A stretch of 64,000 bases of DNA from Geopsychrobacteraceae bacterium (GTDB lineage Bacteria > Desulfobacterota > Desulfuromonadia > Desulfuromonadales > Geopsychrobacteraceae): contig CAXXTB010000001.1 in assembly GCA_963676795.2 (NCBI GenBank), forward strand, positions 32,001 to 96,000, read 5' to 3'. This document shows positions 19,376-28,042 of this stretch, piece by piece. Within the stretch, counting starts at the first letter, position 1, and every line of letters begins with the position of its first letter. The translations under genes and the position numbers were made by a program. The notes under the pieces are model-generated. The model ran no database searches, was not told the origin of the DNA, and worked only from the letters and a program-made list of their open reading frames with translations.

Positions 19376-20601
19376 CAGCTGAAATTCAACACCAGCGCCG
19401 AGTTGGTCCCGCCGAAACCGGCCGCGTTACAGAGCACCTTGTCCGGCTTTTGCCCAATCGTCTCGCGGATGACATTAAGGCCGGCCGTACCATCATCCGC
19501 CTTCTCAAAATTCAGGTTAGGGGCGATAAAACCCTGGCGGGCCATGATCGTCGCATAGACGACCTGCGCAGCCCCCGACATCCACAGCTCGTGGCCGGTC
19601 ATCGACTTGAGCGACGACAGGGGTGGAGTCTTGGCACCGAAAACCTTGCGGATATTGGCCGCCTCGGCGGCATCTCCGGCCGGGGTCGAGGTCGCATGAG
19701 CACAGAGATAATCGATCTCGCCGGCGCCGACACCGCTTTGCTGCAGCGCCATCAGCATCGCCCGGCCAAGACCGTTATCGCTCGGCACCGACAACTGCTC
19801 ACCATCGGAGGAAAACCCGTAACCGAGCACCTCACCGAGGATCGTCGCCCCGCGCTGTTCGGCCAGATCGTAGCGTTCCAGCAGAATCGTCGCCGCACCG
19901 CCGCTCGGAACCAGCCCGTCACGCCCGGCATCGAAAGGGCGACTCGCTGCCGCAGGAGCATCGATCCTCGAGGAAAAAGCCCCGAGACCGTCAAAGCTGC
20001 ACATCGACTGCCAGTTAATTTCCTGGGCGCCACCGCAGAACATCCGTTCCTGACGACCATAGCGAATCAGATCGGCAGCCTGGCCGACGGCATGTCCGCC
20101 ACTTGAGCAGGCTGAACTCAGTGTCCAGGAAGCGCCGCGGGTGCCGAACAGGGTGTTGAGGTTCATGGTGATGCAGGAGGTCATGGTCCGGAAGATCTGG
20201 CCGCTGCCGATCGCCTTGGTTTCGCGCTTTTCCTTGAGGATATCGACCTGTTCAATAGCAGCAATACAGCTTGAGTCACAGCCGTAAATCATACCGGTCT
20301 GATCCGAATGCAACTGCTCTTCCGACCAGCCAGCCTGGGTCAGGGCATCAACAGCAGAGGCGTAGGCCCACTGAGCGAATTCAGGCATCGATTTTTTCTG
20401 TTTGCGACTTAAGCCCGCTTCGACATCGCACCGGATCAGCCCGGTCAGCGGACTGCGATAGCCCAGTTCGAAGCGCTGAGCATCAGCAACGATACCGGAC
20501 TGGCCGTTGCGCAAGGCTGCACCGACCGTCTCAAGCTCCCTCCCCAGACAAGAAATTATCCCAATCCCCGTAATAGCAACCCGAAACAAAAATGACTCCA
20601 A
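19375..20601 (-). CDS. Beta-ketoacyl-ACP synthase (FabB-like)
   Basis: VAITGIG, SACSSGGH, AHATST, KSMTGHELWM, GFGGTN. Confidence 0.93.
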   Translation of the reverse strand: MESFLFRVAITGIGIISCLGRELETVGAALRNGQSGIVADAQRFELGYRSPLTGLIRCDVEAGLSRKQKKSMPEFAQWAYASAVDALTQAGWSEEQLHSDQTGMIYGCDSSCIAAIEQVDILKEKRETKAIGSGQIFRTMTSCITMNLNTLFGTRGASWTLSSACSSGGHAVGQAADLIRYGRQERMFCGGAQEINWQSMCSFDGLGAFSSRIDAPAAASRPFDAGRDGLVPSGGAATILLERYDLAEQRGATILGEVLGYGFSSDGEQLSVPSDNGLGRAMLMALQQSGVGAGEIDYLCAHATSTPAGDAAEAANIRKVFGAKTPPLSSLKSMTGHELWMSGAAQVVYATIMARQGFIAPNLNFEKADDGTAGLNVIRETIGQKPDKVLCNAAGFGGTNSALVLNFS

Positions 20602-20616
20602 ACCTGATACGGCCTA

Positions 20617-21354
20617 TCAGAGATAGGCACCACCATTGACGGAAAACACCTGACCGGTAATGTAGCTGGCCCGCTCAGAGCAGAGAAAACCGACCATCCC
20701 GGACACCTCTTCGACGGTTCCCATGCGGCCCAGCGGAATCGTCGCCAGAATCTGCTCCTTGTGCGGCAGCGCACTGGTCATCTCCGTTTCGATAAAACCG
20801 GGAGCCACGGCATTGACCAGGATCTTGCGCTTGCTGACTTCCATCGCCAGCGAACGGGTCGCGCCGATCAATCCCGACTTGGCGGCCGAATAATTGACCT
20901 GGCCACCGATCCCGGTCTGTCCCGAGGTCGAAACGATATTGACAATCCGTCCCTGGCGTTTTTTGATCATGCCGGGCAGCACCTGTTTGGTGACATTAAA
21001 AAAACCACCCAGATGAACATCGAGCACATCATTCCAGTCGCTGTCGCTCATCAGCGCCATGATCCCATCACGGGCATAACCGGCGTTGTTGACCAGGACA
21101 TAGGGGATCGACTCCGCCAGCAGAGAAGTCAGAACCTCCTTGACCTGTGCCGCATCGGCCACATCAAAGGGGAGCAAGGTGCAGGACACCCCTGCACCCT
21201 CAATTTCTGCTGCGACAATTCTGGCACCGTCATGATCGCCACGATAATTGAGCCAGATATCAAAACCGTCCTTCGCCAGCTCTTTGGCGATAGCCGCCCC
21301 GATCCCCTTGCTGCCGCCTGTAACCAGCGCAATCCTATTTTTCTCAGTTGTCAT
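20617..21354 (-). CDS. fabG: 3-oxoacyl-ACP reductase (cluster-specific SDR)
   Basis: TGGSKGIG, NNAG, NYSAAK (YxxxK), NAVAPGFIETEM. Confidence 0.93.
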   Translation of the reverse strand: MTTEKNRIALVTGGSKGIGAAIAKELAKDGFDIWLNYRGDHDGARIVAAEIEGAGVSCTLLPFDVADAAQVKEVLTSLLAESIPYVLVNNAGYARDGIMALMSDSDWNDVLDVHLGGFFNVTKQVLPGMIKKRQGRIVNIVSTSGQTGIGGQVNYSAAKSGLIGATRSLAMEVSKRKILVNAVAPGFIETEMTSALPHKEQILATIPLGRMGTVEEVSGMVGFLCSERASYITGQVFSVNGGAYL

Positions 21355-21381
21355 AAGTTCCGTACTTCAATCCAGATATAA

Positions 21382-21948
21382 TCAGTCGCGAACCGCTGTA
21401 ACCTTGCCCTTGGCGTCGAAGTCGACTGCCATGGTCCCGAACTTGTTGGTCCAGTAGGTCCACATATTCGATTCAAGGGAAGCGGTTTTGTGGGATGCCG
21501 GATAACCAAGGGCCGCCATGACCCCTTTTTTGCTCATTCCGACCAGGGCCTTGCCCTCCTTGATCCCCTTCAGATCCAGTTTGGACATGCCACTTGGCTT
21601 ATAGGGAGTTGCCGAGGTGATCTTGTCAAGATACTCATCAACCGACATGCCCATGCGTGGCTCATGGAATTCAAAACGGACGACCTGGCCGGTCTGGTTG
21701 TAGGTAAAATCAAAGCGCTTACGCGATTTTTTGATAATGCTGATCTCCGTTCCAACCGGAATGACAATATGCCCCTCCCCCGGGTTGGTAAAGTTCGCAT
21801 AACTTGCAATGGCCGTTTTGCCATCTTTCTGCTGCGCATGAATATTGACCTTGGTATAACGGACCTCAGCTGCGCTCGCACCAGCGACAAAGAGACCAAG
21901 ACAAACAATCGTCAGACAAAGAACTGTCAGTTTTCTCATTTTAACCAT
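21382..21948 (-). CDS. Secreted protein with C-terminal SmpA/BamE-like domain; first gene of the lipid operon
   Basis: Signal peptide ending ASAA; VGMSKKGVMAALGYP...WTYW...FDAKGKVTAV. Confidence 0.6.
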   Translation of the reverse strand: MVKMRKLTVLCLTIVCLGLFVAGASAAEVRYTKVNIHAQQKDGKTAIASYANFTNPGEGHIVIPVGTEISIIKKSRKRFDFTYNQTGQVVRFEFHEPRMGMSVDEYLDKITSATPYKPSGMSKLDLKGIKEGKALVGMSKKGVMAALGYPASHKTASLESNMWTYWTNKFGTMAVDFDAKGKVTAVRD

Positions 21949-22042
21949 GATGATCCCGCTCCTTTTTTCATTAGTGTTGTCTGCAATACCGGCACATATT
22001 AGCCCAGCCGTTTATCAACTTCAATTTATCATTTTTTTGCGA

Positions 22043-22858
22043 TTACAATTCAAACTCAGCCCAGATCGGGCAATGATCCGAGGGTTTTTCCATGGCCCGG
22101 ATTTCATAATCGATCCCGGTTGCGACACATTGCTCGAGCAGCGGCCGGGTCGCCATGATCAGATCGATACGCAGGCCTCTTTTGGGCTCATCCTCAAATC
22201 CTTTGCTGCGGTAATCGAACCAACTGAAGCGATCGTTCACCTCAGGGTTGCGGAATCTAAAGGTATCGTAGAGTCCCCAGCTTTTCAGGCATTCTAGCCA
22301 TTCGCGCTCTTCAGGAAGAAAACTGCACTTACCGGTCTTCAGCCAGCGTTTGGCATTGGCCTCACCGATGCCGACATCGCTATCCTCGGGTGAGATGTTC
22401 ATATCGCCGAGCACCACCAGTGCATCATCGGGGCTGGCATGCTCTTCCAGCCAGCTCTGCAGGTTCTGATAGAAATTGATCTTGTTTGGAAACTTTTCCG
22501 GATGCTCGCGGTTTTCCCCCTGTGGGAAATAGCCGTTTAACACCTGCAAGGTACGCCCGTCGGCCAACGGGTAGCTGGTCATCAGCATACGGCGCTGGTG
22601 CTTGGCATCTTCCCCCGGAAATCCCTTGGCGATGGCAAGCGGCTCCAGGCGCGACAGGGTCGCGACACCGTAGTGTCCTTTCTGACCATGATGAACAACA
22701 TGGTAGCCCAGGTGCTGCAGATCCTGATGAGGAAATTCACTGTCATGAACCTTGATCTCCTGCAGACCGATGATATCCGGCTGATGCAGCTCGACGAGTT
22801 TTTCCAGCTGATGGAATCTGGCGCGAATACCGTTGACGTTGAAAGACACAATTTTCAT
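22043..22858 (-). CDS. xthA: Exodeoxyribonuclease III
   Basis: [38 protein letters not shown]; true start at ATG 22858. Confidence 0.95.
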   Translation of the reverse strand: MKIVSFNVNGIRARFHQLEKLVELHQPDIIGLQEIKVHDSEFPHQDLQHLGYHVVHHGQKGHYGVATLSRLEPLAIAKGFPGEDAKHQRRMLMTSYPLADGRTLQVLNGYFPQGENREHPEKFPNKINFYQNLQSWLEEHASPDDALVVLGDMNISPEDSDVGIGEANAKRWLKTGKCSFLPEEREWLECLKSWGLYDTFRFRNPEVNDRFSWFDYRSKGFEDEPKRGLRIDLIMATRPLLEQCVATGIDYEIRAMEKPSDHCPIWAEFEL

Positions 22859-22934
22859 AACAGCTCCTAAAATGGGACAGCAAAACAGACAATCGCCCGT
22901 TTTACCACCCCAGAAGTCCTGAAGAATAACAAAC

Positions 22935-23029
22935 GTCCCCTCTCCCTGAGGGAGAGGGTTAGGGGGGGACATTAGCAGAAGCCCCCCTCATCCACCCTTC
23001 GGGCACCTTCTCCCTCAGGGAGAAGGGAC
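22935..23029. repeat. REP/boxC-like inverted pair of CCCTCTCCC-N3-GGGAGAGGG palindromes
   Basis: 22935-22958 and 23006-23029 are inverted copies (22/24 match), and each arm is itself a palindrome. Confidence 0.75.
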
Positions 23030-23052
23030 TCTCAACCAAAAAACTCAATTTC

Positions 23053-24879
23053 TCAGCGGCAGAGAAAGCCGGTAATTTCCTCGATAAAATCCCGACCGTA
23101 GCGTTGCAACTTGGTCTTGCCGACGCCGTTGATCAGCAGCATCGCCTCGTTGTCGGTCGGCAACTCGGCAGCCATCTCGGCCAGGGTCGCATCGCCGAAA
23201 ACCACGTAGGGGGGAACCCCGTCCCGATCGGCCAGCTCCTTGCGCAATGCCTTGAGCTGAACGAAGAGTTCCGGATCGTACTCTTTACCGGAGATCCTGC
23301 GCTCCGGCTTCTTTTTGCGTCCCGGCTTGACCCGCGGCAGAGTCAGCTCCAGGGTCATTTCACCGCGCAGCAGCGGCCGGGCGTTTTCGGTCAGCTTAAG
23401 GACCGAGTAGTTGGCGATATCCTGTTCAAGGTAACCGTAATGGATCAGCTGACGCAACAGGTGGCTCCAGTGATCGATACTTTTATCCCTGCCGATCCCG
23501 TAGGTGGACAACTGATCATGGCGCAGCTCGATCACCCGCTGGGTTCGCGCACCACGCAGCACCTCGATGACATGAGCGATGCCGAAACGCTGCCCGACCC
23601 GATAGACGCAGGAGAGCGCCTTGCGCGAATCCTCGGTGGCATTGTAACGCTCCGGCGGGTTGAGACAGGTATCGCAGTTACCACAGTCCTCGTCCAGGCT
23701 ATCGCCGAAATAGCCGAGCAACGCCCGGCGTCTGCAGATCCCCGCCTCGGCAAAGGCGACCATGGCGTTAAGCTTGTGGATCTCGATCCGGTTCTGATCC
23801 GGGTTATTCCCCTTTTCGATCAAGCCACGGCTGATAGCGATGTCACCATAGCCAAACAGCAGCAGGGCTTCGGCCGGCAGACCATCCCGCCCGGCCCGAC
23901 CGGTCTCCTGGTAGTAACTTTCGATATTTTTCGGCAGATCGTAATGGACAACAAAGCGCACATTCGGCTTGTCAATCCCCATGCCGAAGGCGACCGTAGC
24001 AACGACGATTTCGATATCATCGCGCAGAAAGGCTTCCTGCACCCGCTTACGTTCTTCAGCCGGCAGACCGGCGTGATAGGCCGCCGCCCGGTAACCGTCA
24101 GCACACAGCTTGTCGGCCACCTCTTCGACCCGCTTGCGGCTTAAGGCATAGACAATGCCGGACTCATTACGATGCTGATCGAGAAAAGCATTCAATTGAA
24201 GGTAGGGTTTACTCTTGTCGATGACGGTATAACGGATGTTTGGCCGGTCAAACCCGGCGCAGACCTGAAGAGCGTCGTGCAACCTGAGCTGCTGAAGGAT
24301 ATCCTTACGCGTCTGCTTTTCCGCGGTCGCCGTCAGGGCGATCATCGGCACCCCGGGAAATTCCTCACGCAGGCGCCCAAGTTCCACATATTCAGGGCGG
24401 AAATCGTGCCCCCACTGGGAGACACAGTGCGCCTCGTCGATGGCAAACAGGGCAATCTCCAGCTCATCGAGTCGCTCAAGAAATTCAGGGCTGAGCAGGC
24501 GCTCCGGGGCGACATAGAGCAGCTTCAACTGGCCGGCGTGCAGCCGGGCCAAGGTCCGGCGCGCCTCTTCGGCAGAGAGGGCTGAATTGTAGCAAGCGGC
24601 GGCCACCCCGTTGGCAACCAGCGCATCAACCTGATCCTTCATCAGTGAAATCAGCGGCGAAACCACGATCGCCACCCCGTCGCGGTGCAGAGCCGGCACC
24701 TGGTAACAGAGCGATTTGCCACCACCGGTCGGCATCAGCACAAAGGCGTCCTGCCCTGCGATCATATGGCGAATGACCTGCTCCTGATAGGGGCGGAAAC
24801 CCTGGTAACCGAAAACGTCATTCAGGGTGCTGAAAATCTTCTGCGGCTGGCTGATATGTTCCTGTGCGGACTGCGACAT
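23053..24879 (-). CDS. recQ: DNA helicase RecQ
   Basis: MPTGGGKS, IDEAHC, QETGRAGRDG, Zn-binding CRR...CGNCDTC, RQC and HRDC domains. Confidence 0.97.
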   Translation of the reverse strand: MSQSAQEHISQPQKIFSTLNDVFGYQGFRPYQEQVIRHMIAGQDAFVLMPTGGGKSLCYQVPALHRDGVAIVVSPLISLMKDQVDALVANGVAAACYNSALSAEEARRTLARLHAGQLKLLYVAPERLLSPEFLERLDELEIALFAIDEAHCVSQWGHDFRPEYVELGRLREEFPGVPMIALTATAEKQTRKDILQQLRLHDALQVCAGFDRPNIRYTVIDKSKPYLQLNAFLDQHRNESGIVYALSRKRVEEVADKLCADGYRAAAYHAGLPAEERKRVQEAFLRDDIEIVVATVAFGMGIDKPNVRFVVHYDLPKNIESYYQETGRAGRDGLPAEALLLFGYGDIAISRGLIEKGNNPDQNRIEIHKLNAMVAFAEAGICRRRALLGYFGDSLDEDCGNCDTCLNPPERYNATEDSRKALSCVYRVGQRFGIAHVIEVLRGARTQRVIELRHDQLSTYGIGRDKSIDHWSHLLRQLIHYGYLEQDIANYSVLKLTENARPLLRGEMTLELTLPRVKPGRKKKPERRISGKEYDPELFVQLKALRKELADRDGVPPYVVFGDATLAEMAAELPTDNEAMLLINGVGKTKLQRYGRDFIEEITGFLCR

Positions 24880-24974
24880 TACAACTTGGCCTGCTGGTGA
24901 AAGGTTAAGAAAGCGATCGGTCTATCATCCATGGCAGGAACCGGTCGGTCAACCCCACAGTGTCTTTTCGCAGT

Positions 24975-25011
24975 TGAAAAACAAAATCCCCGCACAGAGG
25001 CGAGGATTTTG
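24975..25011 (-). terminator. Rho-independent terminator after sfrA
   Basis: Stem caaaatccccgc/gcgaggattttg followed by a T-rich tract on the minus strand. Confidence 0.6.
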
Positions 25012-25030
25012 ACATAGACGTGTGCGGCGC

Positions 25031-27547
25031 TCAAACCCTGCTGACAGAAACTGAGATCCGGTTACAGCCTTCCGGCAGCAGCCGGGAGATACCCAGCTCG
25101 GCGAAGCAGCTTGGCGCGAAGACCAGCCCCTCGGGAAGCAGAGGCGAGATCTTGACCGGGCCACAGGCAGAACCGAGCGCCGTGGTCAGACGGACCTGGT
25201 CGCCGTTGACGACACCGGCAGCCTGGGCATCCACGGAGCTGAGTTCGATGACCGCTTCGGACTCGATCTCCTGCAGCGCCGCGACCCGGCCGCTGGTCGT
25301 ACCGAAGTGAGCCCTGGCGTTACCACTGAGCAGCTGCAGCCCCACGGAACAATCGCGCTGCACAACCGGCTGATACTCCAGCGACTGATCGGCGACAGCA
25401 AAGACCTTGCAGGCCAGCTGCTCGGGATAGAGCCCGGTCAGCTCACGGATCTCCTCGAGAACCAGAGTCGGATCGCCACTCTGCTTCTCACCCGTGAGAC
25501 GGCTCAGAAGCTCGGCGAAAACGACCCCTTCTTCACGGCAGGTCGCGGCTGGCGTTATCGCCTTACGGGCCCGGGTCAGGGTCCCGTCCAGGGTGGTGAA
25601 AGTCCCGTTCTTCTCGGCTGAACTGCAGCCGGGCAGAACAACGTCGGCCATATCGGTAATCGCTGTCGGAAAGATATCCTGAACAACCAGGAATTCCACC
25701 TTGGCCAGGGCATTCATCCAGCGGCCACTGTCGGCAAAACACTGAGGATTGTTGGCGGCCAGATAGAGCATACGGATATTCCCCGCCTCGATCTCGCTGA
25801 GCATCCCTTCAGCATTGAGCCCGCCCTCCGGCAAGGCGACGCCCCAGGCCCTGGCAAATTTTTCCTTGCCACCGGCATAGGATTGATAGCCGGGCAACCC
25901 CTCGGGATAGACACCCATATCGAGAACGCCCTGCATGTTCCCCTTGTCGGCAAGCGGGAAGACCGCGCCACCGCTCAAGGCACAGGTCACGATCGCCAGG
26001 TTGGCCATCGCCGCCGACTTGTAGGTTCCGTAGGCCGACTTCTTGATATCGGAACCGAAGACGATGACCAGTTTACGCGCCGTACCGATCAGGTCGGCGG
26101 CGTTCTCCAGCGTCTCGAGCGACAGGCCGGTCGCTTCGACGACCTGCTTCATATCGACGGCGGCCAGATCGTCCTTGAGCGCATCGAGGTTGATGACCGT
26201 CCGTTCGATCTCGTTTTCCCGCAGATGGCCGCGCTGTGCCAGCAGGCGGCAAAGACCCATGATCAAGGGGATTTCACTCCCCGGCTTGTAGGTCAGCTGA
26301 CTATTGGAGAACTGGCTGAGGTGGATACGGCGCATGTTGGCGACAACCAGACGGCCGTCATGGAGCCGTACGGTCTCCTGAATCTTCCAGTCGATCAGTG
26401 GCGCTTCTGCAGCCGGATCGGCGCCGAAGACCAGGATGGTGTCAGCCTCGGCGATGGCGTCGATCTTGTGGCTGGCGCCGGTCAGACCGATCCCCTTGTA
26501 AAGGCTGCGCAGGGTGCGGATCGCCCCGAAACGCGCCTCGGAATCGATATTGTTGCTGCCGATGCCGACCCTGAACAGCTTCTGGAACAGGAAGTTCTCT
26601 TCGTTGGTCAGATGCGGCGAGGACAGCCCGGCAATCGCTGCGGCACCCGACTCGCTGCGGATCGATTGAACCTTTTCGACAATCCGCGTAAGCGCCTGCT
26701 CCCAGCTCGCCTCTTCCTTGTCAACCAGCGGGGTCGTCAGACGCTCCTCGCTGTTGACATAGTCATAGCCGAAATAACCGGCAACACAGAGCAGGCCGCG
26801 GTTGATAGTGGCATCATCGGTCGTCACCCGGTAGATCTTGTTGTCCCTGACATTCAGCTCGATCGGGCAGAGGCTCGGGCAGAAGGTACAGATGGTCGGC
26901 ACCTTGGTCAGGGTCCAGGGGCGCGCCTTGTAACGGAACGGCTTGGAGACCATCGCTCCGGTCGGACAGACCGAAACGCAGTTGCCGCAGTAGGTACAGC
27001 GAGCGAGGTTCTTCTCGATGTGCGCCCGATCCCCCTTTTCACTGATCGACAGGGCATCGGCTCCGACCAGTTCATGACAGACCTTGACGCACTTTTTGCA
27101 GAGGATACAGCGCGACGGCACATGCTGGATCAGCGGCCAGTGGTTGACGGCCGGCGGCCGGACATCCTCGGCACTGAACAGCTGCTCCTTGACTCCCAGC
27201 TCAAAGCAGATATTCTGCAGCTGGCACTCGCCGGCCGCATCACAGACCGGGCAGTCGAGCGGGTGATTAACCAGGATCAGCTTCAGCGTCTGGCGGCGCA
27301 GTTTGGTCAATTTCTCCGACTGGGTGGTGACAACGATCCCTTCCTTGACCTCGGTGTTACAGGCGGTCATCGGCCGGTCGACCCCTGCCACCTCAACGAT
27401 ACAGATCCGGCAGGCGCCGTTGGCCGAGACCTTCTCCAGCCAGCAGAGGGTAGGGATTTTGATCCCGACAGTTTCAGCCGCTTTGAGAATCGTCGTTCCC
27501 GCTTCAACAGCAACCGCTTTTCCATCAATTGTCAGATTGACCATCAT
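25031..27547 (-). CDS. sfrA: NADPH oxidoreductase alpha subunit (NuoG/FdhA-like Fe-S protein; Geobacter SfrA type)
   Basis: IPTLC..GACRIC (2Fe-2S), HPLDCPVCD..GEC, CILCKKC, CTYCGNCVSVCP, molybdopterin-oxidoreductase body; downstream of sfrB. Confidence 0.85.
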   Translation of the reverse strand: MMVNLTIDGKAVAVEAGTTILKAAETVGIKIPTLCWLEKVSANGACRICIVEVAGVDRPMTACNTEVKEGIVVTTQSEKLTKLRRQTLKLILVNHPLDCPVCDAAGECQLQNICFELGVKEQLFSAEDVRPPAVNHWPLIQHVPSRCILCKKCVKVCHELVGADALSISEKGDRAHIEKNLARCTYCGNCVSVCPTGAMVSKPFRYKARPWTLTKVPTICTFCPSLCPIELNVRDNKIYRVTTDDATINRGLLCVAGYFGYDYVNSEERLTTPLVDKEEASWEQALTRIVEKVQSIRSESGAAAIAGLSSPHLTNEENFLFQKLFRVGIGSNNIDSEARFGAIRTLRSLYKGIGLTGASHKIDAIAEADTILVFGADPAAEAPLIDWKIQETVRLHDGRLVVANMRRIHLSQFSNSQLTYKPGSEIPLIMGLCRLLAQRGHLRENEIERTVINLDALKDDLAAVDMKQVVEATGLSLETLENAADLIGTARKLVIVFGSDIKKSAYGTYKSAAMANLAIVTCALSGGAVFPLADKGNMQGVLDMGVYPEGLPGYQSYAGGKEKFARAWGVALPEGGLNAEGMLSEIEAGNIRMLYLAANNPQCFADSGRWMNALAKVEFLVVQDIFPTAITDMADVVLPGCSSAEKNGTFTTLDGTLTRARKAITPAATCREEGVVFAELLSRLTGEKQSGDPTLVLEEIRELTGLYPEQLACKVFAVADQSLEYQPVVQRDCSVGLQLLSGNARAHFGTTSGRVAALQEIESEAVIELSSVDAQAAGVVNGDQVRLTTALGSACGPVKISPLLPEGLVFAPSCFAELGISRLLPEGCNRISVSVSRV

Positions 27548-27611
27548 TGTTCACCTCTTACAAACATATCTGCAGATCAGTCTGATGAAACAAACCTTGG
27601 ACTGTGATGCA

Positions 27612-28026
27612 AAGTTTGTTTCAACTGATTTCCAACAAAATTCCGCAAAGCGGAATTTTTTCGATTCTGCCCATTCAATGAGCTTGCTCATTGCCGGGCG
27701 CATTGTCAGCTGCTGGTTGAAACCTACGGAGAAAATGCCGTCAATTTTCGCCAGCGTTAAAAGGGCGTTTTTGCTTACTTTTGCCGCCCAGGGCAAAAGT
27801 AAGGCGCCGTGCGGGGGCGCAACCCCGCGATTTTGATCTAGCAAACAACATCAACAAAAAACAAAAACCGGCGGGTCTCGTCCCGCCTGACGACTGACTT
27901 TCCTTTGGTCGCAAAGGAAACTTTTTCACAAGCTGACGTGAACCGTTTATTCCGTTCAGCTACGGCTCACACCAACGAATCGGAACGCGCCCTGTGAGGA
28001 GCGAGCTCCTCAAACGGGCCGAACCG
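27612..28026. repeat. Composite hairpin-rich intergenic repeat (MITE/REP-like) between sfrB and sfrA
   Basis: Inverted 40-bp units at 27662-27701 and 27987-28026; 12-bp hairpin at 27774-27803; 27814-27837 matches 52427-52450 (23/24, opposite strand). Confidence 0.7.
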
Positions 28027-28042
28027 AATTTATTTTTTATGG

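Noticed and set aside
1903..21354. Claim that the cluster makes ladderanes
   Set aside because: Only gene-content resemblance; ladderane enzymology is unresolved and the aryl starter module points elsewhere
1..21948. Lipid cluster as a mobile genomic island
   Set aside because: No integrase, tRNA or direct repeat at the visible right boundary, and most genes look compositionally host-like; the left boundary is not visible
22010..22035. Possible Fur box upstream of the lipid operon
   Set aside because: Only a loose AT-rich resemblance to GATAATGATAATCATTATC
22859..22972. N-terminal extensions in the ORF track (xth, sfrB, htpX, tauE, AKR, DUF1653, M23)
   Set aside because: Family homology and RBS positions support downstream starts
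27551..27929. Small ORFs in the sfrB-sfrA spacer (also 52273-52518, 40984-41242, 56081-56692)
   Set aside because: They run through palindromic repeats or promoter DNA and have no protein-like features
27612..28026. CRISPR array or intact IS
   Set aside because: No regularly spaced direct repeats, no cas or transposase ORF, and no clear target-site duplication
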